Below, piece by piece: positions 19,058 to 28,856 of a stretch of 64,000 nucleotides of DNA. The notes beneath the pieces are model-generated. The model worked only from the letters and a program-made list of their open reading frames with translations. It had not been told where the DNA came from and searched no databases. Every line of letters starts with the position of its first letter. Position 1 is the stretch's first letter. The position numbers and the translations under genes were made by a program. The DNA is from a virus. Lineage: Duplodnaviria > Caudoviricetes. The stretch spans positions 31,132-95,131 of the IMG/VR virus record IMGVR_UViG_3300020050_010385, one strand, 5' to 3'.

Positions 19058-19249
19058 CTATTCTACCTTCTCTGAGTAATACATTCCCATACAAAAGGTC
19101 GTAACAATAGCTATAAATACGGTAGCTATGTAAGGAACGAAATACCAGGGAGTTTCTTCCAATGTAAGCTTACTGCCGATGTAAAAACCTACCCACAGTA
19201 AAATTAAACTTGCTGAGTATGAAATAATAGCTTTGGCACTGTTACTCAT
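19058..19249 (-). CDS. Small two-TM membrane protein
   Basis: Two hydrophobic segments. Confidence 0.6.
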   Translation of the reverse strand: MSNSAKAIISYSASLILLWVGFYIGSKLTLEETPWYFVPYIATVFIAIVTTFCMGMYYSEKVE

Positions 19250-19401
19250 TTTCCACTCTCTTTCTCTAACTTCTCAGCTAGGTGTTTTTTAAGACGCTCT
19301 ATCTCCTTTAAAATTTTTTCTTTACTCCAGTGGTTTTGTATAAATCCATCACAGGTTCTTCCACATTCATCCCAACAATAAGTACACTCTCGTAGGCTCA
19401 T

Positions 19402-19623
19402 TTATTTACCTCTCCTTGGTAACCCCATCATTTTAATTTTCATCTCTGAACAAGTTTCATTACTTTCTTTGAATAGTTTTTTATCCACCAAGAACGATTT
19501 CATAATCTCATTCTCAATATCTATTATCGTATTTTCAATGGCCTTTTTAATTCTTTTCTCAATAGCTTTTCTTTGGCGACTATTTACTTTTACAAACTCA
19601 AAAACTATGGTGGTATTATTCAC
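19402..19623 (-). CDS. Hypothetical protein
   Basis: ORF coupled to the upstream gene. Confidence 0.5.
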   Translation of the reverse strand: MNNTTIVFEFVKVNSRQRKAIEKRIKKAIENTIIDIENEIMKSFLVDKKLFKESNETCSEMKIKMMGLPRRGK

Positions 19624-20099
19624 TTTTTATCCTCTGTATTTACAAGACGTTGTTGGATTAAATAAATTAACATTTTGGCTCTGGCGTCGGCTTCGGTAAC
19701 TGCTTTCTCTCCGTGGTATAACTCAAATTGCTTATCGTAAGGCTTTGGTCGATATATTTGATAATCACAGTACCAAGCTTGCAATGGCTCAGGGGTTTTA
19801 AATTTACCACAGACAAGATGAGCTTCTTCTTTCCAAATTCCACCATTGGTAAACTGCTTATCTCCATTCTCAATATCAATCTTTGGCGGCAACAACTCCC
19901 CCAGCTCGGACGATAGGAAGGCGGAATATCTAAATGGTGAAGCCCAAGCCATAGCGTCTTCGCCAGAAAAAACATAAGCATCGTATCCTGTACCAGCCGC
20001 ATTATCTGTTTCAGTCCAATAGAAAAAAGAACTTTGCTTAACCCCCAACTCCTTAAGCTTCTTACTCAACTCCAAACTCGTAACATGATTCTCAATCAT
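19620..20099 (-). CDS. Hypothetical phage protein
   Basis: MIENHVTSLELSKKLKELGVKQ..S.FYW...TEADARAKMLIYL pattern; GGAGG RBS. Confidence 0.65.
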   Translation of the reverse strand: MIENHVTSLELSKKLKELGVKQSSFFYWTETDNAAGTGYDAYVFSGEDAMAWASPFRYSAFLSSELGELLPPKIDIENGDKQFTNGGIWKEEAHLVCGKFKTPEPLQAWYCDYQIYRPKPYDKQFELYHGEKAVTEADARAKMLIYLIQQRLVNTEDKK

Positions 20100-20761
20100 T
20101 GCTTTTCCTCCGTCTTGGCGAATAGGGCGTGGATGGCTTGCTCGACCATTAGAGCATTTTCGTAGGCTTTTGGTCCAGGTCCAAATAGGCAAACAATATC
20201 ATTGTTTTCTGCGGATATACAGTAACCAACATATTTTTCTTTGTCTGGAGATAACTGGTTGCATTGTTCTACAAACTCATTCCACGGACGGTCAAGACCA
20301 AAGAGTTTCCAAGGCAGAGGGGATAATTTATTCATCTCTTCCACCGTCGGAACCCTCCGCTCGGGGATTGACATGGTTATATTTGTTTTTAACTGCTCAT
20401 TTTTAATTGTGTGTTGAAGAATGTTGTTCTGCCCCTCTTTAAATCCGTTACTATAACCACGGCTGTAATGGTATTCTTCCAGATTCTTCTCCGGCGCATA
20501 CATCTCAGACATACACTTACCACACATCGGAACAGAGTTTAATCCATAAGTATCGGTTGGGGTCTTACATTTTATACACTTCTTCTCTGACGTGTTCTCT
20601 ACAAGATACTTGCGGGTGTTCCATTGGATTATTGTGGGAGCATTAAATCCGCAATCCTCGCATAAAACTGCCATTTCAATTGCTCTTCGCCACTTGGTTA
20701 ATTTAATACCCATACAACCAGGACACGGCAATAACTCTTCACTCTTATTTGCGTCGCTCAT
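20096..20761 (-). CDS. Lar-like (restriction alleviation) zinc-finger protein
   Basis: ELLPCPGC...CEDCG...WNTR, plus a second CxxC...CxxC. Confidence 0.55.
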   Translation of the reverse strand: MSDANKSEELLPCPGCMGIKLTKWRRAIEMAVLCEDCGFNAPTIIQWNTRKYLVENTSEKKCIKCKTPTDTYGLNSVPMCGKCMSEMYAPEKNLEEYHYSRGYSNGFKEGQNNILQHTIKNEQLKTNITMSIPERRVPTVEEMNKLSPLPWKLFGLDRPWNEFVEQCNQLSPDKEKYVGYCISAENNDIVCLFGPGPKAYENALMVEQAIHALFAKTEEKQ

Positions 20762-20988
20762 TTTGGCTCCTTAATAGCTTCATCGCCAACGTAAATGAAA
20801 TAACCTTTACCTGTATCAATATAAATATCGTATACCCACGAAAAACGTTCACCAAAACCACTTTTATAAGCAACGCCTCTAACTTCTCCCTCTTGCCATA
20901 CTTTTGGTGTCTTCCTGTAATTTAAAACAAGAACAGTGTCGCCATATTTAGCTTTCGGTTTACTTATGGTTATCTTTCCCACGCTCAT
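20758..20988 (-). CDS. Hypothetical protein (small SH3-like beta pattern)
   Basis: KYGDTV...G.V..V pattern; GGAGAGG RBS. Confidence 0.55.
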   Translation of the reverse strand: MSVGKITISKPKAKYGDTVLVLNYRKTPKVWQEGEVRGVAYKSGFGERFSWVYDIYIDTGKGYFIYVGDEAIKEPK

Positions 20989-21164
20989 CTCTTCACCTCT
21001 CCTCGGTCGATTGCGGTTGTGGGCTTTTCATATATTGTTGATAGTGATACCGACACATACAGGTGTTTCCGATTTTAATAACCGATGGATATTTACACAT
21101 ACGAGCATAAGCAGTACCCTCGTATCTAACATTGACTTGACATGGCTTAAGCTCCTTGCTCATC

Positions 21165-21536
21165 TCACCCGTCCTTTAGTTGTTGGAGTTGGTGCTTAAT
21201 TTCAAATATTCTATCGTTCATGTCTTCGCACCATTTATTACTGACAATTTCATCAATCCTTGCCTCAAGTGTCCGCTGAATATGGAATTTACCGAGTTTT
21301 AAATAATTCTTCTTTAAACTAGGCTGCTGGTCTGCGGCTTCCCAAGTCAATGGGTCACATAAATGCTCAAACATATCAGCTGCCACCTTTTCTATCTGCT
21401 CTCTGAGTTCTTTATCCATAAAATATTCTCCTGCGGGTTTTCCATCTATATAGGCTATCGTTGGAGGAGTTTTTGCTACTGAACCGTCCATGAAACTATT
21501 TAAAGCATCTATTGATTTCTTAAGTTCGTTATCCAT
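21165..21536 (-). CDS. Hypothetical protein
   Basis: ORF in the early-gene run. Confidence 0.55.
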   Translation of the reverse strand: MDNELKKSIDALNSFMDGSVAKTPPTIAYIDGKPAGEYFMDKELREQIEKVAADMFEHLCDPLTWEAADQQPSLKKNYLKLGKFHIQRTLEARIDEIVSNKWCEDMNDRIFEIKHQLQQLKDG

Positions 21537-21553
21537 CTGTTTTATCCCCCTTG

Positions 21554-21925
21554 CTATCTACTCTCATCAATATTGATAAATTTCCCAAAGGCCGGATCGT
21601 AGTTATAAACCTTGCCGTTCTTCTCGTATCTAATCCAAGCGTGCCCGATATTCTGCTTTGTACCAATCATCATCGACGGGTTCTTGATGTCTTTGTCTTT
21701 CCTGATTTGGTTGAGTGTGTCCAGAGCCCTTACCCAACACTCTTTGCTTAACTCCAGAAGAGGCTCGTAGGGAGCGTCGAAAACGGCTTTTTCGGATTTA
21801 ATTTCTAAGATATAGTTTTTGATCTCCCTTACTTGAAAGAAAGTCAAATAATACGGGATCAAGAATGATACGGCAAAAGCGATAAACCCAAAGTTATACC
21901 AAAAATCGTTATTATTTTTTTTCAT
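21554..21925 (-). CDS. Membrane-anchored transglutaminase-like cysteine protease
   Basis: N-terminal TM; ECW (Cys), GHAW (His), YDP (Asp) in triad order. Confidence 0.5.
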   Translation of the reverse strand: MKKNNNDFWYNFGFIAFAVSFLIPYYLTFFQVREIKNYILEIKSEKAVFDAPYEPLLELSKECWVRALDTLNQIRKDKDIKNPSMMIGTKQNIGHAWIRYEKNGKVYNYDPAFGKFINIDESR

Positions 21926-21936
21926 ACAATTCCCCT

Positions 21937-22509
21937 TTAAGGATGCCACAAAGTTACAGTGTTTGAACCAACATGAACCATTGCCGCGACCGCCGAGCTT
22001 GACTTTAGCTTCTCTTGCGCTTCTTTGATCATCTGTAAGGCGTAGTCAAATTTCTTTTCTTTAACTGCAATTCTTACATTGTTTCTTTCTTTTCTGGAAA
22101 AGAACTCAGTATCCTTCCCATCACGTGTCACCTGCTCGGAAAACAATGCCATGTCAAGGTGGAATAGATTAGGTTCTGCAATATTTTTTGAGAGTTCGTA
22201 CAAAAGCCATTCGTAATAAACTGCACTGGATGAACTTCCCTTTAAAACTTCATTTGCTTTTGCGAGATACTCATCGAGCTTCTCTTTACTCAAACCCTTC
22301 TGGCTTAACTCTTTTGCTTCCCGAATCTCTTCAGCAATCTCTTGCATTTCTTTATCGTTCTTGAGTTTGATAATACTTGTTACCTCAGATAGAGTTGAAA
22401 AATTACTTCCAGCACAAGCTTCCTTAGCGTGTAGACAAAATAGAACCATTAATACCAGTGCTATAAAGATATATACCACCATCCCTATCATGGCTAATTT
22501 TACTTTCAT
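21937..22509 (-). CDS. Exported/membrane helical protein
   Basis: N-terminal hydrophobic leader; AGGAGG RBS. Confidence 0.6.
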   Translation of the reverse strand: MKVKLAMIGMVVYIFIALVLMVLFCLHAKEACAGSNFSTLSEVTSIIKLKNDKEMQEIAEEIREAKELSQKGLSKEKLDEYLAKANEVLKGSSSSAVYYEWLLYELSKNIAEPNLFHLDMALFSEQVTRDGKDTEFFSRKERNNVRIAVKEKKFDYALQMIKEAQEKLKSSSAVAAMVHVGSNTVTLWHP

Positions 22510-22653
22510 TGATACTTCCCTCCTTTTCTTTTACCTTTCATTGCCTTAAACTTACAAGCTTGACCACAATATTTTTGGTCTTTATTATCCCCATATAGTT
22601 TAATCATCTTCTTGCATAATATACTCTCACACTTTACTTCTCCGTGGTATATT

Positions 22654-23031
22654 TTAGGTCTTGGCATATAAGGCCTCACTTAATCTTAATGACTGTTCTT
22701 TTAATAATTTTACAAAACCAGCAGTAGGGTACTTAATTCTTTCTAATCTATGAATAAACATGTGCTCTCCTCTACTCATAACTACTCCTTTAGCTGTCCA
22801 TAAGGCCCTGCACTTAATGGCCTCTTCTACAGTAGTAATATTATTCTCTACTATGATTTTACTAATGTGTCTAAGGTGGTGTACTTGAGTAAACTTCTTT
22901 ACCTTTGGATACGTAGGACACTGAGCTTTAATAATCTTTAACTTCCACCTTAAATACTCTTTAGTCTTTCTTATCTTAGCTATAAGAACTTTCATGGGAC
23001 TGAGCTTCTTTTTCCTTCTTCTCTTTGGCAT
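22654..23031 (-). CDS. Basic protein, degenerate HNH-like
   Basis: EY..WK..I, VHHL, G......H...H pattern. Confidence 0.45.
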   Translation of the reverse strand: MPKRRRKKKLSPMKVLIAKIRKTKEYLRWKLKIIKAQCPTYPKVKKFTQVHHLRHISKIIVENNITTVEEAIKCRALWTAKGVVMSRGEHMFIHRLERIKYPTAGFVKLLKEQSLRLSEALYAKT

Positions 23032-23046
23032 TTTATTTCCTTTAAC

Positions 23047-23628
23047 TTAACGATAGTTTCTCAGTTCCCAGTAGATTGGATTTTTCTGTAAACTACCAAC
23101 TTTTATTTTATAATAACTCCACTCTACTATACAAGATCCTTCATCCCAGCATAGGTCTCTTACTTCATAGATTATTTCATTGATCTCTCGATAAAAGGGA
23201 GATAGCTCATTAGTAACCCATTTAAGGCTCCCCGCAGGGATCTCAAGGCTCTTTTTGTGTGGGTGGGTGTCTAGTTCCCTTACCAGCCCAATTCCCTCTA
23301 CGAACTCCACCAAAATACCTCCCTCGGGGAGGGTAGCTACTGTCCCAAAGGCTAAGCTATCCTTCTTATCTAAGGCAGGATATAATAAGAGTAAATAGCC
23401 TTCTTCTAGGTGCCTTATTACTTTAGGTAAGAGGTCCATGGGCTTTAAGAGGTAATAAAAGGGGCATAGGAATTCATAGCCCCTTTCAGTCCTCATAGAC
23501 AATAGAGTACCTTCATTCTTATCTAAGTAGGCACAAGCTTCAATAAGATCCCTGGTCATAAAGCACTCTAGGGTATTTAGTCCCAGTTCTTGCATTTTAA
23601 TAATACTCTCTGATTTTCTTAGTGCCAT
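23047..23628 (-). CDS. Hypothetical protein, possible ATP-grasp/PPDK-type nucleotide-binding fold
   Basis: SMRT, VEF..G.GLVRELD, IVEWS, IYWELR spacing recalls PEP-synthase N-domain motifs. Confidence 0.35.
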   Translation of the reverse strand: MALRKSESIIKMQELGLNTLECFMTRDLIEACAYLDKNEGTLLSMRTERGYEFLCPFYYLLKPMDLLPKVIRHLEEGYLLLLYPALDKKDSLAFGTVATLPEGGILVEFVEGIGLVRELDTHPHKKSLEIPAGSLKWVTNELSPFYREINEIIYEVRDLCWDEGSCIVEWSYYKIKVGSLQKNPIYWELRNYR

Positions 23629-23629
23629 A

Positions 23630-24058
23630 TTAGTAATTACTTTTTTGTCTAAAAAGGTTAACCATAGACTTTTTGAAATATAGGATATAAACTTGGGTAG
23701 AGGTAAGTCCTAACTCCAAAAATAGCTGGATCATAAAATGAAGAGCATCTGCTAGTTCTTCTAGGAAATGGTCTTTATCCGTAGGTACATGAGTATTCTT
23801 CCAAGCTTTATTTCTTAAGCAATTACCAGCTTCATATAGCTCTTCAGTAATACGATATATGATAGCTCTTGCTCTTCTCTGCCCTTCAAAAGTATCAATA
23901 TCTATGGGGAAACTAGGTAATGCTTCTCCATTTTTTATTTCAATTTCATAGTACTTCTTTTCAAGCTCTTCCTGTCTTTTAAAAATATCGGTGAGCATAT
24001 CACCACTAGTTTGGAATTCCTTTTGAATATCTTCTTTAGTTATATTTTGAATATTCAT
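23630..24058 (-). CDS. All-alpha nucleotide pyrophosphatase (MazG/dimeric dUTPase-dCTPase type)
   Basis: EELYEA...K.WK...EELADALHF...K..VN..RQ...Y. Confidence 0.85.
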   Translation of the reverse strand: MNIQNITKEDIQKEFQTSGDMLTDIFKRQEELEKKYYEIEIKNGEALPSFPIDIDTFEGQRRARAIIYRITEELYEAGNCLRNKAWKNTHVPTDKDHFLEELADALHFMIQLFLELGLTSTQVYILYFKKSMVNLFRQKSNY

Positions 24059-24062
24059 TTTA

Positions 24063-24248
24063 CTACTCCTTTGTTAGTCCTAAGCTTTCTGCAATGAGTT
24101 GATCCTGTAGGCCCCTAATATCTTCAATATCCCACCCTCTTTCTAGTAGGTATTTTTCAACCATCCTTAAAGCTTTAGTAAATAGTTTAACAAGCTTATC
24201 ATCATATTTAGTCTTCTCCATCATATTCTCCTTCACTTGTAGTTTCAT
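24063..24248 (-). CDS. Hypothetical protein (start uncertain)
   Basis: ORF in operon. Confidence 0.5.
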   Translation of the reverse strand: MKLQVKENMMEKTKYDDKLVKLFTKALRMVEKYLLERGWDIEDIRGLQDQLIAESLGLTKE

Positions 24249-24589
24249 TTTAAGCCTATTCTATAAGCATGTTTAATATTCTCACTAGCTGTTACATATT
24301 CCAGATTACCCTTACAATTATTTAGCCTATCACCGTCCTTATGGTTTATTTGAAGTTTTCTAGGTTTTCTACCTATAAAAGCCCTTGCTACGATACTAGC
24401 AACTGAAATACTATTACCTAGTAAAGTAACATTTAAATATCTTCCCTTACCTCTCTTTTGTCCTTTTAATATTCTTCCTGGCCAAGTACCACACATGGCT
24501 TTACCGTCTCTTCTTATTCTACCCAGTGAAGAAACTGAGTATAATTTTTTATAACCAATTACTGGTTTCCATACCTCAATCTTCGCCAT
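24245..24589 (-). CDS. NUMOD4-HNH homing endonuclease (compact)
   Basis: EVWKPVIGY..LYSVSSLGRIR; INHKDGDRLNN...NLEYVT.SEN..HA. Confidence 0.88.
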   Translation of the reverse strand: MAKIEVWKPVIGYKKLYSVSSLGRIRRDGKAMCGTWPGRILKGQKRGKGRYLNVTLLGNSISVASIVARAFIGRKPRKLQINHKDGDRLNNCKGNLEYVTASENIKHAYRIGLK

Positions 24590-25484
24590 CGTAATCAACC
24601 TCTGAAGTAGTTTCACCACCATCATTTTCCATGAACAACCGATGTTCTTTGGGTAAATCCATCCACTCACCTCTCTTTGTACATCTATTCCAGTAGCCGC
24701 ACATTTGGGGAGAGCAGAACATATTATTTTCTCTTTGTGGTAGGAATACTCCTCTTCTTACCTGAAGAACTATTTTATAAACTAGATTAATAAACTGTCT
24801 AGTATCTTCTGGAGTAATGATCCTTAGCTCACTGCTTCTCATTTCAGGCTCAGCCTTCTTAATTAGAGTATCAAGTACAAAGCCAGAAGGATTCTTATTA
24901 AACTTAGCTTGATACCCCAGCCAATAAGAAACTCCCTGAGTAGACTTTATAGCTTCTAACCAATTAGGGGCCCTACTCTTATTCTTTAAGTCCCTAATCA
25001 TATGCCTAGTGGTAACCAAGTCAATAGTACCAGTAATACTAGCATTGACCTCTTTAAACTCTATGGCAAAGGGTTCTTCAACGTATAAGGGATCTACTCT
25101 CTTAGCTAGTTTCTCATAATAAACTGGTAATGCTTTCCTAATACCGTACTCCCTCATAGCCTCAGGCTTTTCATCCTGAGTAAACCTAGTTAAGACTGCT
25201 CTCTCTTTCCATGATTCATTGAAAACATCCTGAAGCACTGATAATTTAGCATCTCTACCTTTTCTTAATTTGTACTTATTTTGATGCTCAGCTGACTTGT
25301 GCATTGAGGTACCGAAGGTAGCATAGCTACGAGGTGGTTCTATAATACCCTTGTGGTACCTAAATAAAGCCTGGGCAGAACATTTTAAGGCCATTTTAAT
25401 ATAGGAGGTTCTTAGAACAATGTGCTTATTAGGCGGTATCATCCAGCCCTCAGTATTATCTAATGCTTCAGGATGTTCTCTCAT
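24576..25484 (-). CDS. PD-(D/E)XK (Cas4/RecB-like) exonuclease
   Basis: C...Y, GTSMH, VEEPF, GTIDL..IRDLK, C-terminal C....CGY...C. Confidence 0.8.
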   Translation of the reverse strand: MREHPEALDNTEGWMIPPNKHIVLRTSYIKMALKCSAQALFRYHKGIIEPPRSYATFGTSMHKSAEHQNKYKLRKGRDAKLSVLQDVFNESWKERAVLTRFTQDEKPEAMREYGIRKALPVYYEKLAKRVDPLYVEEPFAIEFKEVNASITGTIDLVTTRHMIRDLKNKSRAPNWLEAIKSTQGVSYWLGYQAKFNKNPSGFVLDTLIKKAEPEMRSSELRIITPEDTRQFINLVYKIVLQVRRGVFLPQRENNMFCSPQMCGYWNRCTKRGEWMDLPKEHRLFMENDGGETTSEVDYDGED

Positions 25485-25486
25485 GA

Positions 25487-26404
25487 TTATTTCCTTACTC
25501 TGTTGCGTGGTTTACGGGTACGAGCTGGTTCTTCTTCCTCTTCTTCAACTACCTTCTTCTTTTTAGTGACCTTAGCTGGCTCTTCATCATCATCTTCAGA
25601 GTCATCATCTGAGTCATCTGAGTCATCTGAGTCATCGGAATCATCATCATCATCAGCTACTTTCTTTGATTTACCTTTTGGTTCCTCATCTTGATCATCA
25701 TCATCGTTATCAGAGTCATCATCGTCGTCATCACTGTCTTTGGATTTCTTGGCCTTAGTACTCTTTCCAAAGTTCTCAGCAATAACATCTTCTTGTTCAT
25801 CTTCATCTAATTCCTCAGATACCTCATCTTCTAAATCAAACATCTTAGAAAGATCTGGTTCACCATCTGCATTTAAGGCAGGAGTAGATTTTGGTCTAAC
25901 TCTTACTTCATATCGAGTATCAGTCATACCAGTTCCTTCACGATCGATAATTACGTCGAAGCCTTCTTCGAGGTCGGTAATATCACCAATGTCCTCATCA
26001 TCCATAGCTCCAAGTAATACCTTTAAGGTCTTCTTACTAAATCCCCAAATGCAAATCATACCAGTTTTACGATCAATGATATTAGCAAAGTACTTAGTCT
26101 TTGGTTCTAGTCTCTTAGCTAATTTTTCTCCTTCAGCCCCTTCTTGCTTTAACTTATTGATATACTGCATGATAGGGGAATCATTACCAGTAAACTTAAC
26201 TGAGATACCTCTACCATCTTTTTTAAGACCATAGTGAATACTTTCCTCATGATAAAAATTACCTGAATCATTATTAGGAGGTAGGATTCTTACTCTATTA
26301 GGCCCAACTACGGGCTTAAAAAATTTACCACTTCCGATCTCAGCTAATTTTTGTTTAGCCTTATCCATGTTTGTTTTACCAATTTTACTTTTTTGCTTTA
26401 CCAT
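25487..26404 (-). CDS. Single-stranded DNA-binding/annealing protein (gp32-like) with long acidic tail
   Basis: FFKP..G.N.VRILPP, YFANIIDR, DITD..EG.D..I...G.G..T.Y.V; Asp/Glu-rich tail; AAGGAG RBS before ATG 26404. Confidence 0.75.
   Translation of the reverse strand: MVKQKSKIGKTNMDKAKQKLAEIGSGKFFKPVVGPNRVRILPPNNDSGNFYHEESIHYGLKKDGRGISVKFTGNDSPIMQYINKLKQEGAEGEKLAKRLEPKTKYFANIIDRKTGMICIWGFSKKTLKVLLGAMDDEDIGDITDLEEGFDVIIDREGTGMTDTRYEVRVRPKSTPALNADGEPDLSKMFDLEDEVSEELDEDEQEDVIAENFGKSTKAKKSKDSDDDDDDSDNDDDDQDEEPKGKSKKVADDDDDSDDSDDSDDSDDDSEDDDEEPAKVTKKKKVVEEEEEEPARTRKPRNRVRK
25560..25740. repeat. Low-complexity coding repeats (GAGTCATCT tandem; TCA runs) encoding the Asp/Ser tail of the SSB
   Basis: gagtcatctgagtcatctgagtcat and (TCA)n seen directly. 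Confidence 0.8.
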
Positions 26405-26612
26405 TTTTTTCTCCTTTACTTTTGTTTGCTTTGATTTCTTCTGGGGTAGCTTTACCGATGATCCTAAAAATAACATCCCCATTTTCCTTTGACTTACCAC
26501 GAATAGCCTTCATATTATTTTTCATGATAATAGTTTCACAATCTACCATCTCTACTTTCTTACCCAGCCGTACTGAATAACCATAGACTTTTTCACTCTT
26601 ATCTTTTTTCAC
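26385..26612 (-). CDS. Small basic DUF5679-like protein lacking the usual Zn cysteines
   Basis: Y.V...KKVEM.D.E...MKN...A.RG.....G...FRI.G. Confidence 0.5.
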   Translation of the reverse strand: MKKDKSEKVYGYSVRLGKKVEMVDCETIIMKNNMKAIRGKSKENGDVIFRIIGKATPEEIKANKSKGEKNGKAKK

Positions 26613-28423
26613 AGACTAACCTCCTTAAGGTCACTCCAACGTTCTCCAATTTTAATGTCCATTTTCATTGGTACTCTTAATTCTATAGGTGGATTCTCGG
26701 CTATGGATTTTAGCATCTTACCTATCTTTAAAGCATCCTCTTTCTTACAGTCTATGATTACTGAGTCGTGTACATTACATACCACCTTTCCGTTTAGTTT
26801 TAGTTTCTTAAGAGCATAATGTGCTCTAGTCCCTACCCACTTAGTTAAGTCTCCTGCTCCACCTTGTATGGGTGAATTAACTCCTTGTCTAAGCTTTCCT
26901 CTACCTGGTCCAGTATTATAGTTAGCTCCTGGTAGTCTTCTCTTCCTTCCAAAAAGATTAGTTACAAAGCCATTCTCTATAGTATTTTCTTTCTGGTCAT
27001 CAATATATCTCTTAACTCTTTTAAATTCTCTGAACCAATCATTAATCAATTCCCTAGCTCTTTCCTCACTACAGTCTAATTTATCCGATAATCCCAGTGG
27101 TCCAATCATATAAACTATACCGAAGTTTACCTGCTTAGCAAATTTCCTCTGCTCTTCAGTTACCTTTTCATAAGCAATATTAAATACCTTAGCAGCAACC
27201 TCTTGATGAATGTCTCTCCCTGACTTAAAGGCTCCTATTAAAGATTTATCACCGCTATGATGGGCTAATAGCCTAAGCTCAGCCTGAGAATAATCTCCTT
27301 GTACTAATACACCATTGGTATATGAAGAAATAAATAATCTTTTAATATCTCCATTCCTTGGAATATTCTGTAGGTTTGGTCCTTCACATGACATCCGCCC
27401 GGTTACTGTAAACATCTTATAGTTGCAATGTACTTTACCATCAGACTTCATAATATAGTTATCTGTTAATCCAGCAACATAGGTAGAGTACATCTTAGCA
27501 GTATAGCGATACTTTAGCAGATCTAATAGTGGTTGCTTATGTACTTTATTTAATTTCATCCTACCCAATTTTAAAAGAGTATCTTCATCACAAGAAGGTG
27601 CTCCTGGTTTATCTGGATTCTTCTTAGTGGGTGGATTCCTTTTAATAATGGGAAACTTATATTCTCCATATAACTTTTCACTTAGCTGCTTTGAAGAATT
27701 AAAATTCATATCACCGAAGTGGTGCAGTAGTGTCTTTTCACTTTCCTTTAATTCCTTTTCGTACTTAGTTCTTAGTTCACGTCTTACTCCATCATCTATC
27801 TTAAACCCATTCATTTCCATATAACACAGAACCTTTAGATTTTTCATCTCAAAATCCATGAGGTCAGATAGCTCTTCTTTCTCTAGTAGCCTTTTTTGAG
27901 CTGAGAATACTTGAAAGGCTGCATCAACATCTCCCCCATTATAATCAGTCCATTGTTTTAAATTCCAGCCTTCTCCGTATTTACTCTTCTTAAATAAATC
28001 CTTTTGCTTAGTAAGGTATTTCCCAAGCTCTGGGTTATACTTTCTTGTTAAAGCATCTAAGGTATTCTGCCATTGGTTTTCATCTAATAAATGCTCAGCA
28101 ACATGGGTGCAGAATATTTTAGACTTAATTGATTTAATTAGCTCATGTCTTAATAGCCACTTTAAATCAAATTTAATATCCTGGTTGATTAACATTTCAC
28201 ATGAATTTAAAATCTCTGAGATATTCTTAAAGTATCTTTCATGATATGGAAATACATAGCCTAAATCTGGCTTATTAGTAAAACCTACAAATTTAATAGT
28301 TTTAGAATTATCAAAGCAATCTAGTCCTTCAGTTTCAAGGTCACAAACTAAATTCTCAGATCCCTGCAGTAACTCGGTAATTCTTTTTAAATTTGTTTTA
28401 TCTACCAATTTATAGTGGGCCAT
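26609..28423 (-). CDS. DNA polymerase family A with 3'-5' exonuclease
   Basis: Exo DLETEG, NQDIKFD, YNGGD; TGRMS..PNLQNIP; motif A DYSQAELR; motif B RKFAKQVNFGIVY; motif C VHDS. Confidence 0.97.
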   Translation of the reverse strand: MAHYKLVDKTNLKRITELLQGSENLVCDLETEGLDCFDNSKTIKFVGFTNKPDLGYVFPYHERYFKNISEILNSCEMLINQDIKFDLKWLLRHELIKSIKSKIFCTHVAEHLLDENQWQNTLDALTRKYNPELGKYLTKQKDLFKKSKYGEGWNLKQWTDYNGGDVDAAFQVFSAQKRLLEKEELSDLMDFEMKNLKVLCYMEMNGFKIDDGVRRELRTKYEKELKESEKTLLHHFGDMNFNSSKQLSEKLYGEYKFPIIKRNPPTKKNPDKPGAPSCDEDTLLKLGRMKLNKVHKQPLLDLLKYRYTAKMYSTYVAGLTDNYIMKSDGKVHCNYKMFTVTGRMSCEGPNLQNIPRNGDIKRLFISSYTNGVLVQGDYSQAELRLLAHHSGDKSLIGAFKSGRDIHQEVAAKVFNIAYEKVTEEQRKFAKQVNFGIVYMIGPLGLSDKLDCSEERARELINDWFREFKRVKRYIDDQKENTIENGFVTNLFGRKRRLPGANYNTGPGRGKLRQGVNSPIQGGAGDLTKWVGTRAHYALKKLKLNGKVVCNVHDSVIIDCKKEDALKIGKMLKSIAENPPIELRVPMKMDIKIGERWSDLKEVSL

Positions 28424-28424
28424 T

Positions 28425-28856
28425 TTAATCTACCTGCTCATATATTAGTTCTGATTCACCGCCAAGTAGGTTAAGAATAAACCGGTCTCTGGCTAGATCC
28501 TTGTATAAATTAATAAAATAGAACTCTCTTACTCCTACTGAGTATAGATGCTTAAAGCAATCTTTGCAAGGTTCGTGAGTACAAAACATAATAAGTCTTG
28601 AGTAATTATGTTCCAAGTGTAGAAGGGCATTCATCTCAGCATGAATAGTTCTAATGCAATGACCTTCGTGTATAAGACAACCAATATCTATACAATGGGC
28701 TTCTCCAGGAGGAGAGCCGTTATAGCCTGTTGCTACTATCCTATTGTTATAGACTAATACTGCTCCTACTTGAGCCCGGGAACAGGTAGATCTCAAGGCT
28801 ACTAACTTAGCTATCTTTGTGTAATACTTTATTCGATCTATTCTTTTGAAGGTCAT
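28425..28856 (-). CDS. dCMP deaminase
   Basis: RSTC.RAQVGAV, TGYNG.P.G..HC, HAEMNA, PC..C. Confidence 0.93.
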   Translation of the reverse strand: MTFKRIDRIKYYTKIAKLVALRSTCSRAQVGAVLVYNNRIVATGYNGSPPGEAHCIDIGCLIHEGHCIRTIHAEMNALLHLEHNYSRLIMFCTHEPCKDCFKHLYSVGVREFYFINLYKDLARDRFILNLLGGESELIYEQVD

